Below, piece after piece: positions 7,767 to 14,238 of a stretch of 57,900 bases of DNA (position 1 is the first letter of the stretch; every line of letters begins with the position of its first letter). This stretch comes from a virus (taxonomy: Duplodnaviria > Caudoviricetes). The stretch spans positions 1-57,900 of the IMG/VR virus record IMGVR_UViG_3300037524_000679. One strand, given 5' to 3'. A program made the translations under genes and the position numbers. The notes under the pieces were generated by a model that was given only the letters and a program-made list of their open reading frames with translations, was not told the DNA's origin and did not search any database.

Positions 7767-7841
7767 GTGGCCCTGGTGTAATGGTAAGCACGAGAGGTTG
7801 TGGCCCTCTCGGAGACGGTTCAAATCCGTCGGGTCACCCCA
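7767..7841 (+). tRNA. tRNA-His(GUG)
   Basis: AGAGG-TTGTGGC-CCTCT, C73, CCA. Confidence 0.93.
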
Positions 7842-7851
7842 CAGGAGAGAA

Positions 7852-7956
7852 ATGGGTATTTTCAAGTGCTCGTTATGTAAATTAGCATTATTAAATTTAA
7901 TTATAGCATATGGAATGACCTTAGGATATTTAATTTACTTTGTGATAATATTATGA
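7852..7956 (+). CDS. Single-TM micropeptide (34 aa)
   Basis: SD AGGAG; MGIFKCSLCKLALLNLIIAYGMTLGYLIYFVIIL. Confidence 0.55.
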   Translation: MGIFKCSLCKLALLNLIIAYGMTLGYLIYFVIIL

Positions 7957-8228
7957 TAAAAGCTATTGTAGAAATTAAAGACAGAGACGGACTTATTTTA
8001 TATAAAAAACAATTAAATTTAGAAATGGATTTTTATGATGGCTTTATAATTATAAAAGATATAAAAAATATAAAGCTAAGAATTGATGGCATTCCTAAAT
8101 CTGTCACTATATTAGATAGATATTTTGAAAAGCCAGTAATGTTCTTTAGTATTGATTCTAATCAATTTGTTAAGCATAATGAAGATTTAAACTTAGCTAG
8201 TTTGAAATGTGAAGTTGATCCATATTAA
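7953..8228 (+). CDS. Hypothetical protein
   Basis: ATGA-coupled 91-aa ORF. Confidence 0.6.
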   Translation: MIKAIVEIKDRDGLILYKKQLNLEMDFYDGFIIIKDIKNIKLRIDGIPKSVTILDRYFEKPVMFFSIDSNQFVKHNEDLNLASLKCEVDPY

Positions 8229-8230
8229 TT

Positions 8231-8318
8231 GGAAGGTTGCTAGAGAGGTTAATAGGCCGGTTTGCTAAACCGTGACGACCGAGAGGTTGCGTAGGTTCGA
8301 TCCCTACACCTTCCGCCA
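8231..8318 (+). tRNA. tRNA-Ser(GCU)
   Basis: Loop TTGCTAA, long variable arm, G73, CCA. Confidence 0.92.
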
Positions 8319-8330
8319 ACTGAGAATATT

Positions 8331-8516
8331 ATGATTACAGTTACAAATAAAGTAAAAGAATATACTTATGATGATTGTGAAGAATATCTAATTATCAAGA
8401 GTCATTGGAATTCTAGTGATAAAATAGTATTACAAATAGGCTCTGATGATAGAGTGTATTATGCTAAAGATTTAATTGCAGCCATTGAAAATGCTAGGAA
8501 TGTGGCACGATATTAA
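8331..8516 (+). CDS. Hypothetical protein
   Basis: 61-aa ORF. Confidence 0.6.
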   Translation: MITVTNKVKEYTYDDCEEYLIIKSHWNSSDKIVLQIGSDDRVYYAKDLIAAIENARNVARY

Positions 8517-8518
8517 TT

Positions 8519-8685
8519 CGTAGACGGAGGTGCCTTTATAGGTATGAGGCTAGGGAAGAGCCGAGTAGGATATCGGGGTTGAATTGACAACTACAAGCTA
8601 CGTTGAGCCTAAGCAGCGGAAAAACGAAGACAAATCCTTGATACGTTTTTCATATGAAATCCGAAAAGTGCTGCAAAATTTTCCC
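8519..8685 (+). ncRNA. Candidate structured RNA
   Basis: Intergenic with several complementary pairs: CGTAG/CTACG, GCAGC/GCTGC, GAAAAACG/CGTTTTTC. Confidence 0.35.
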
Positions 8686-8694
8686 ACAATATAT

Positions 8695-8770
8695 GCCCCT
8701 GTAGTATAGAAGTTCTGTACGTTCGACTGATAATCGAAAGGTGTTGGAGCGTTACCAGCCGGGGGCACCA
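8695..8770 (+). tRNA. tRNA-Ile(GAU), atypical T-loop
   Basis: TTCGA-CTGATAA-TCGAA; T-loop AGCGTTA; CCA. Confidence 0.85.
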
Positions 8771-8775
8771 ACTAA

Positions 8776-8851
8776 GCTGGAGTGGTAGAAAGGCTATGCA
8801 ACTGTCTGCAAAACAGTATATATGAGGGTTCGAATCCCTTCTCCAGCTCCA
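8776..8851 (+). tRNA. tRNA-Cys(GCA)
   Basis: ACTGT-CTGCAAA-ACAGT, U73, CCA. Confidence 0.92.
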
Positions 8852-8864
8852 AAGCATAGCAGAG

Positions 8865-9149
8865 ATGGCAGAACAAAAACAAAATGATAACTTTAATGAA
8901 GTATCTTACGGAGAAGTAGAAACTGGTAAATTTCCATTACCAACACGAAAAACTAGAAAAGAGATAACTGTTGGAGCTTTATTATTTAATGCTTTTATTA
9001 TAGTACAAGTAGTATTTAATGGAAGCGCAACTAATACATTGCACGAATCAGCTTTATCCTGGTCTTATACTTCTAGTCTTATTTTAATAATGGGATATGT
9101 ATTTGGTGCTGTAATGGATAACTTTAATGTTATGAGGAAAATAAAGTGA
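8865..9149 (+). CDS. Two-TM membrane protein (holin candidate)
   Basis: Two hydrophobic segments, basic C-terminus. Confidence 0.5.
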   Translation: MAEQKQNDNFNEVSYGEVETGKFPLPTRKTRKEITVGALLFNAFIIVQVVFNGSATNTLHESALSWSYTSSLILIMGYVFGAVMDNFNVMRKIK

Positions 9150-9439
9150 ATAATGTAACAGATCTTCCACAACATAAAGAGGAAGAAATTGTTTATTCTT
9201 TATTTATAGAAAACCCTAAAAATCCTAATATAGGTGATACCATTCAGTTTGAAAATAGAGAACAAATGGATTCTTATATTGAAAAAGAAAAGCACTATAC
9301 TAGAAACGAACTTAAAGCCCTATATAGAGCCATTAGTAGGTCAGAAAGAGAAAAAGCAAAAGCAAACTTAATAGCGGCTAGATTTTCATTTCTATCACAA
9401 GTTATTAAGGCTATGGAAGAAGACAATGAGGCAGGGTAA
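9146..9439 (+). CDS. Hypothetical protein
   Basis: GTGA-coupled 97-aa ORF. Confidence 0.6.
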   Translation: MNNVTDLPQHKEEEIVYSLFIENPKNPNIGDTIQFENREQMDSYIEKEKHYTRNELKALYRAISRSEREKAKANLIAARFSFLSQVIKAMEEDNEAG

Positions 9440-9662
9440 ATATTTAATCATAGTTCCAAATTTTGTTACTGGTATAAGATCATATATTGGGTATCATATA
9501 CCAAGAATGAAAAGATTTCATAGAATTAAAAGTACAGATGAATATTATATCTTTACCGTGAAAGATGGTAAGATAGTTAGATACACAGAAACATATAATG
9601 AAAGTAGCCCCATATGGACAAAGGTTAGATCCGTGCTTCGTTTGCAGAGGGTCTTTGGCTAA
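9426..9662 (+). CDS. Hypothetical protein
   Basis: 78-aa ORF. Confidence 0.5.
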   Translation: MRQGKYLIIVPNFVTGIRSYIGYHIPRMKRFHRIKSTDEYYIFTVKDGKIVRYTETYNESSPIWTKVRSVLRLQRVFG

Positions 9663-9810
9663 AATTTTTTGTAAGCATTGTGGAGGAGCCGGACAGTTAC
9701 AGTTTAATGTTTGGCACATAGAGGACATAGAATATGGACATGGAACAGATGACAATTCTTCAGTTGTCAGTAGTATTAACAGGATCACTATTAACGACTC
9801 AAAAAATTGA
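9598..9810 (+). CDS. Small DnaJ-type zinc-finger-like protein
   Basis: CFVCRGS and CKHCGGAG motifs. Confidence 0.5.
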   Translation: MKVAPYGQRLDPCFVCRGSLAKIFCKHCGGAGQLQFNVWHIEDIEYGHGTDDNSSVVSSINRITINDSKN

Positions 9811-9899
9811 CTTGGAAGAAATTGAAGAAGTTGATAGAATAATTAAAGAATCAATAAGAATTGTAAGAAAAACACAAAAAGAATTAAACAGAACATAAT

Positions 9900-9974
9900 T
9901 CCTAGGTAGTTCAGCGGTAGAGCAGCGGACTGTTAATCCGTTAGTCGTAGGTTCGAATCCTACCCTAGGAGCCA
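9900..9974 (+). tRNA. tRNA-Asn(GUU)
   Basis: GCGGA-CTGTTAA-TCCGT, CCA. Confidence 0.95.
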
Positions 9975-9978
9975 ATAT

Positions 9979-10054
9979 GCCAGTGTAGCACAATAGGTAG
10001 TGCAACTGATTTGTAATCAGTAGGTTGTGGGTTCGATTCCTATCACTGGCTCCA
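9979..10054 (+). tRNA. tRNA-Thr(UGU)
   Basis: ACTGA-TTTGTAA-TCAGT, CCA. Confidence 0.95.
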
Positions 10055-10058
10055 ATAA

Positions 10059-10135
10059 GCCCTTGTAGCTCAGTGGAGTAGAGCAATAGTCTACGGAACT
10101 AAAGGTCGCGGGTTCAAATCCTGCCGAGGGCTCCA
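10059..10135 (+). tRNA. tRNA-Arg(ACG)
   Basis: Loop CTACGGA, CCA. Confidence 0.93.
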
Positions 10136-10149
10136 ATTAGGAGTATAAA

Positions 10150-10212
10150 ATGCCTTGTGGAAGTGGAAAGAAAAAGCCAAGTGGTGGAAAAAAGAAACCT
10201 GGTAAGAAATAG
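10150..10212 (+). CDS. 20-aa highly basic micropeptide
   Basis: SD AGGAG 6 nt upstream; MPCGSGKKKPSGGKKKPGKK*. Confidence 0.6.
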   Translation: MPCGSGKKKPSGGKKKPGKK

Positions 10213-10228
10213 CAAATAAAATTTAAGC

Positions 10229-10258
10229 TTGATCTCGCAAGGTCTTTATTGCTATAAT
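10229..10258 (+). promoter_or_regulatory. Sigma70-like promoter
   Basis: TTGATC, 18-nt spacer, TGcTATAAT; followed by hairpin TGAAATGAG/CTCATTTCA. Confidence 0.7.
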
Positions 10259-10319
10259 ATTTATATGAAATGAGGAAAGCTCATTTCAAACAAAGCAAAG
10301 AGAACTGATTAGTACCTTT

Positions 10320-10404
10320 GCCGGAGTGGCGGAATGGTATACGCAACGGACTTAAAATCCGTCGGGGTTTCCTCATGTGGGTTCGAATCCCATCTCCGGT
10401 ACCA
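10320..10404 (+). tRNA. tRNA-Leu(UAA)
   Basis: ACGGA-CTTAAAA-TCCGT, long variable arm, CCA. Confidence 0.95.
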
Positions 10405-10442
10405 ATAGCGAGTCTAATGGATCGCACTAGGAGAAAATAAAA

Positions 10443-10862
10443 ATGACTGGTAATACTGGTTTTGATAATGAATTTTTTAATAAGTTTCTAGATAATTATT
10501 CTGTAGGAGTAAACTGGTTTCCTTCGATTGGAGTACAGGCAGGAGTTACTTATCCTCCATACAACATATTGAAATTGAATAATGATAGCTACACAATCGA
10601 ATTAGCAGTTGCGGGATTTAATAAAGAAGATATTAGCATATCTGAAGATAAAGATACATTGATTATATCTGGAGATATGAAAGCTCCTACACAAACAGAT
10701 GTAAAGTATTTACACAAAGGAATTGCTGGAAGAAAGTTTAAAAGAGAATTTGCTTTAGGTAAGAATATTAAAGTTCTTGATGCAAAGTTAGATAATGGAA
10801 TTTTAAGCATTAGTTTGGTGGATGAACATCAAAATAATGTGAAAGCTATACCTATCCTATAA
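10443..10862 (+). CDS. Small heat shock protein (Hsp20/IbpA-like)
   Basis: YPPYNI..IELAVAGF..YLHKGIAGRKF..LDNGILSI. Confidence 0.92.
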   Translation: MTGNTGFDNEFFNKFLDNYSVGVNWFPSIGVQAGVTYPPYNILKLNNDSYTIELAVAGFNKEDISISEDKDTLIISGDMKAPTQTDVKYLHKGIAGRKFKREFALGKNIKVLDAKLDNGILSISLVDEHQNNVKAIPIL

Positions 10863-10937
10863 GGAATAGGTATGTGGTAGGCATCAAAATTGGTGATGTC
10901 AGTATAAGGGCGAGGTGGGAGCCACTTATACAACTGT

Positions 10938-11012
10938 GGGGACCTAGTGATAACGGGAGCACGTCTGCCTTGCACGCAGAGAGTCGGGGTTCGATTCCCC
11001 GGGCCTCCACCA
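10938..11012 (+). tRNA. tRNA-Ala(UGC)
   Basis: G3-U70 pair, loop CTTGCAC, CCA. Confidence 0.93.
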
Positions 11013-11013
11013 A

Positions 11014-11194
11014 ATCACTTTTAATAAACTGACTGCTCATTCCAACTCAGAGGGATCTTGCTAGTTCAAAATACTGAACATACTAGGTAGACTTCAGTTG
11101 AGGACTAAACTTTAACTATAAAATTGGCCAATAAAGGTTAAAGTAACTTGTTTAGCTACAAGTGGTAGTAAACAGTCAGTTTATTAAAAGTGAT
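11014..11194 (+). ncRNA. Stem-closed structured RNA of unknown class
   Basis: Perfect 22-bp terminal inverted repeat ATCACTTTTAATAAACTGACTG with three internal hairpins. Confidence 0.6.
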
Positions 11195-11205
11195 AGGAGA
11201 TAGAT

Positions 11206-11463
11206 ATGAAATGGGTTGTATTTATGGATGCTGGAGCTGCTGGTACTTCTGGTGAAGATTATTTTGAAGCAGATACCAAAGAAGAAGCAGAACGTATAGG
11301 TTGGGATATAGCTGTAGATTGGGCACAATCATACTACGATGTTATAGAAGAAGATCAAGAAGATGAGTATGGTGATCCTGACGAACATTACATGGTAGAT
11401 TTTATCTATACTTCTGATATAGGGTGTTCAGTAGAATTATATGATCCAGAGATACATGATTAA
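11206..11463 (+). CDS. Acidic hypothetical protein
   Basis: SD AGGAG; very D/E-rich 85 aa. Confidence 0.75.
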   Translation: MKWVVFMDAGAAGTSGEDYFEADTKEEAERIGWDIAVDWAQSYYDVIEEDQEDEYGDPDEHYMVDFIYTSDIGCSVELYDPEIHD

Positions 11464-11538
11464 GGAAGTTTAGCTCAGCGGGAGAGCGTCGCCCTTACAA
11501 GGCGAGGGTCGTAGGTTCAAATCCTACAACTTCCACCA
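11464..11538 (+). tRNA. tRNA-Val(UAC)
   Basis: TCGCC-CTTACAA-GGCGA, CCA. Confidence 0.95.
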
Positions 11539-11540
11539 GT

Positions 11541-11649
11541 TTGTGGTTGCTACGGTGTCGGTAAGCCGGTGTGGTAAAGTATAACGAGTCCACATTAGGA
11601 AACATTTTATACTCTTTTCCGTACTATCTGAATTTCAGATCAACCACAA
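11541..11649 (+). ncRNA. Stem-closed RNA with possible pseudoknot
   Basis: TTGTGGTTG/CAACCACAA ends; TACGG/CCGTA; loop AGTATAA complementary to TTATACT. Confidence 0.55.
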
Positions 11650-11658
11650 TCTATTTTA

Positions 11659-11744
11659 GGACAGGTGCTCGAACGGAAAGAGGTGTGGCTGTAACCCACA
11701 AGCATGCTAGTTCATTGGAGGTTCAAATCCTTCCCTGTCCACCA
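11659..11744 (+). tRNA. tRNA-Tyr(GUA)
   Basis: TGTGG-CTGTAAC-CCACA, long variable arm, CCA. Confidence 0.9.
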
Positions 11745-11746
11745 AT

Positions 11747-11852
11747 TTAATTCCGTTAGTCATAAAATAAATCCTTGACAGATAGTGGGACAAAAGGTGC
11801 AAGACAAAACCCACTGAATCTATCCTTCTTGCACGGTGTAGGACGGAATTAA
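11747..11852 (+). ncRNA. Stem-closed RNA with 8-bp pseudoknot
   Basis: TTAATTCCGT/ACGGAATTAA ends; AGTGGG/CCCACT; loop GTGCAAGA complementary to TCTTGCAC. Confidence 0.55.
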
Positions 11853-11860
11853 TAGTTTTT

Positions 11861-11955
11861 GCCTCTATAGTGTAATGGTCAGCACGCGAGTCTTATAATC
11901 TCGATTTCCGCCAGATTAGCGGGTAGTCCTGGTTCGAATCCAGGTAGAGGCACCA
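11861..11955 (+). tRNA. tRNA-Ile(UAU) with long variable arm
   Basis: GCCTCTA/TAGAGGC acceptor, loop CTTATAA, V-arm CCGC-CAGATTA-GCGG, CCA. Confidence 0.8.
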
Positions 11956-11956
11956 C

Positions 11957-12061
11957 ATAGTAGTGTATTAAATTCTCAGTCTGACGTACACTACTATTTA
12001 ATGACTGAGTAAAGTGCTAGTGTATTTGAAAACTTACGGTGATGAAACTAGCTTAAACCGT
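11957..12061 (+). ncRNA. Two tandem H-type pseudoknots
   Basis: PK1: 11-bp and 7-bp stems; PK2: 6-bp and 5-bp stems. Confidence 0.55.
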
Positions 12062-12069
12062 CTAATTTT

Positions 12070-12143
12070 GGGAGCATAGTTCAGTGGCAGAACATCTGGC
12101 TTTTAACCAGTCAATGAAGGTTCGATTCCTTCTGCTCCTACCA
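12070..12143 (+). tRNA. tRNA-Lys(UUU)
   Basis: CTGG-CTTTTAA-CCAG, CCA. Confidence 0.92.
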
Positions 12144-12150
12144 ATTTAAC

Positions 12151-12222
12151 TGCGGGGGTTCAAGCGAACGGGAAGGTCTCATAAGCCATCCGAGGAGGGA
12201 GCGTTACCCTCTCCCGCTACCA
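12151..12222 (+). tRNA. Atypical initiator-like tRNA-Met(CAU)
   Basis: 1:72 mismatch, GCGGG/CCCGC, loop CTCATAA, shrunken D-arm, T-loop AGCGTTA, CCA. Confidence 0.7.
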
Positions 12223-12228
12223 ATTTAC

Positions 12229-12315
12229 GTGCCTGTATTAATAGCTTAATTATATATAAGAGCAATCATAATAGATGACAAACATGAAAGAGAAAGGCAC
12301 AATTAATACAGGCAC
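12229..12315 (+). ncRNA. Stem-closed element or 5' UTR structure
   Basis: 13-bp inverted repeat GTGCCTGTATTAA/TTAATACAGGCAC ending 2 nt before an ATG. Confidence 0.4.
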
Positions 12316-12317
12316 AC

Positions 12318-12893
12318 ATGAAATTATTATATCTTGATCTTGAAACAACGGGATTAAATCCTAATGAAAATGCAATAATAGAATTATCTGGGATTCTTGA
12401 GGTAAATGAAAAACCTCAGGAATCCTTTTCTATTTATATGAGACCAGATACAGATCAAATAATTAATTCAGATGCACTAAATGCAATAGGATTAGATTTA
12501 AATACAATTGAAAGGTATCCTTCACAAGAAATTGGATATAGTAGATTTATAAAAATACTAGAAAAATATGTAAATCCGTATGATAAAAATGATAAACTAT
12601 TTTTAGTTGGATATAATATACACGGATTTGATGTACCATTTTTAAGAAATTTCTTTGAAAGAAATCATAATAAATATTTCGGGTCTTATTTTTATCACCC
12701 AAGTATTGATGTAATGTTACTAGCAAGTTATTTCTCAATGAGACAAAGAGATAACTTACCGAATTTTAAACTGCCAACTATAGCAAAGTCTCTAGGAATA
12801 TCAGTAGATGATGCAAGATTACATTCTGCACTATATGATGTAACAATTACTAGAGATATTTTCCTACTTATAAGACAAGAATATGTTTGCTAG
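12318..12893 (+). CDS. DEDDh 3'-5' exonuclease (DnaQ-like)
   Basis: DLETTG, GYN..FD, HSALYD motifs. Confidence 0.9.
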   Translation: MKLLYLDLETTGLNPNENAIIELSGILEVNEKPQESFSIYMRPDTDQIINSDALNAIGLDLNTIERYPSQEIGYSRFIKILEKYVNPYDKNDKLFLVGYNIHGFDVPFLRNFFERNHNKYFGSYFYHPSIDVMLLASYFSMRQRDNLPNFKLPTIAKSLGISVDDARLHSALYDVTITRDIFLLIRQEYVC

Positions 12894-13218
12894 CCTATAT
12901 GTAAAAATTGGTTTATTAGTTGCCGCATTAGCTATTTTTTCACTATCCATTTTATTTGTTTATAACAAGGGATATGATGCAGCAACATTGGAATACGAAA
13001 AGAAAATATTAGAAGAAGAAGCAAAATGGAAAGCAAAGATTGATGAGTTAAACTTAACTAACGAAAAGATATTTTTAGCATATGAAAATCAAAAGAAAGA
13101 GACACAAAAGATTAAAAATGCTAAAAGACAGGAATTACTGAATTATGTGGAAAACGACCCTTCTTTTGATACCATTATTTTTAATGATGACGTCCTGCGC
13201 AGGCTCAATGGGAACTAA
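12883..13218 (+). CDS. Inner-membrane spanin (Rz-like)
   Basis: N-terminal TM followed by coiled coil; overlaps a lipoprotein gene. Confidence 0.7.
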   Translation: MFASLYVKIGLLVAALAIFSLSILFVYNKGYDAATLEYEKKILEEEAKWKAKIDELNLTNEKIFLAYENQKKETQKIKNAKRQELLNYVENDPSFDTIIFNDDVLRRLNGN

Positions 13219-13405
13219 GCCAGAGCTAAGCAAAATACAAGTAAAGCCAGAGCTTCTAGAAGAGTGTATAGATCCTCCTAAATTAGTTAGTGGAGTTATG
13301 GGAGAAGTAATAATTTATATACATGATATTAAATACGCCTATACTATTTGTAAAGCTAAGCATAAAGCATTGTCAGACACAATAAAAGAGATTATTATTA
13401 AATGA
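13145..13405 (+). CDS. Outer-membrane spanin lipoprotein (Rz1-like)
   Basis: Lipobox MTSC, Pro-containing region, Cys pair; overlaps the i-spanin 3' end. Confidence 0.7.
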   Translation: MWKTTLLLIPLFLMMTSCAGSMGTKPELSKIQVKPELLEECIDPPKLVSGVMGEVIIYIHDIKYAYTICKAKHKALSDTIKEIIIK

Positions 13406-13503
13406 AAATTAATATTGATGCAGTAATTCTTGCTATATTAATATTTGTATTAATAGTAATATTTTCAAATATTGACAGTTGTAAATTTCCATATATTTTT
13501 TAG
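13402..13503 (+). CDS. Single-TM micropeptide (33 aa)
   Basis: MKINIDAVILAILIFVLIVIFSNIDSCKFPYIF. Confidence 0.45.
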   Translation: MKINIDAVILAILIFVLIVIFSNIDSCKFPYIF

Positions 13504-13509
13504 GAGAAT

Positions 13510-13599
13510 GGAAGGTTATCTAGTCGGGGAAACTAGCCTAGTCTTGAAAACTAGTGGAGCCTTGATGGCCAGGGGTTCGATTCCGCCAACCTTCCGCCA
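13510..13599 (+). tRNA. tRNA-Ser(UGA) with 8-bp acceptor stem
   Basis: GGAAGGTT/AACCTTCC, 5-bp D-stem CTAGT/ACTAG, loop CTTGAAA, G73, CCA. Confidence 0.85.
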
Positions 13600-13603
13600 A
13601 TTT

Positions 13604-13978
13604 ATGAAAAATACACTAATAGTTAGACGAGAATACATCTCTAATGATGTTATAGACATTTTAAATAGACCGGCAGGATTAGCTAGTATAGAATCAATAG
13701 ATAATGGGCACAGCTATATTATTAATTTTAATCCTAATACTACGGAAATAAGTAAGTATAGGGAAAACATGAAAAAGTTAATAGAAGCTAAAAATGTTAC
13801 CATTGACGTTACTAGTATAGATAAAATTATAGAAGGCTTAATACTATCTAACTTGGCCACTTTCTATGGAAATGTATATACAGCTTTAATGAAGGAAGTA
13901 GTAAATCAATATGTTGGTAAGAACATAGATAATACTTTTAGTGTGTCAGATCTAGCTAAGGTACTTTCAAAAATATGA
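13604..13978 (+). CDS. Hypothetical protein
   Basis: ATG 4 nt after the tRNA-Ser CCA; the longer track ORF runs through the tRNA. Confidence 0.6.
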   Translation: MKNTLIVRREYISNDVIDILNRPAGLASIESIDNGHSYIINFNPNTTEISKYRENMKKLIEAKNVTIDVTSIDKIIEGLILSNLATFYGNVYTALMKEVVNQYVGKNIDNTFSVSDLAKVLSKI

Positions 13979-14238
13979 ACAAATCCTTTTTTATACTTAT
14001 TATGTTGTTGGGATCAGCAAACGCAGCAGATTATACAGTTGAAAAAACTTATAAAAACAGCTATAATATATATGATTGGAATACTGGAAATACATACTAT
14101 GGAAAGTACAATGGGAAACGGATGACAAAAATTTATCCCAAAACTATTGTAGATAGTGAAAATGTTTTGTATCCAAGAAGTTATGAGATAAAAGGTTATA
14201 GTGAGTCTGGCCCCTATGATGGTGGCCCCTATGACTGA
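13975..14238 (+). CDS. Small exported protein
   Basis: Signal peptide with ANA cleavage site. Confidence 0.6.
   Translation: MNKSFFILIMLLGSANAADYTVEKTYKNSYNIYDWNTGNTYYGKYNGKRMTKIYPKTIVDSENVLYPRSYEIKGYSESGPYDGGPYD

Noticed and set aside
11975-12050. Hammerhead ribozyme (CTGACG and TGATGAAA words)
   Set aside because: CUGANGA and GAAA cores are not arranged around three stems; pseudoknot pairings explain the region better
13510-13599. Selenocysteine or opal-suppressor tRNA
   Set aside because: Anticodon is UGA (reads UCA, Ser), not UCA
14209-14235. GGCCCCTATGA direct repeat
   Set aside because: Two-copy coding duplication (GPYD GGPYD), not an array
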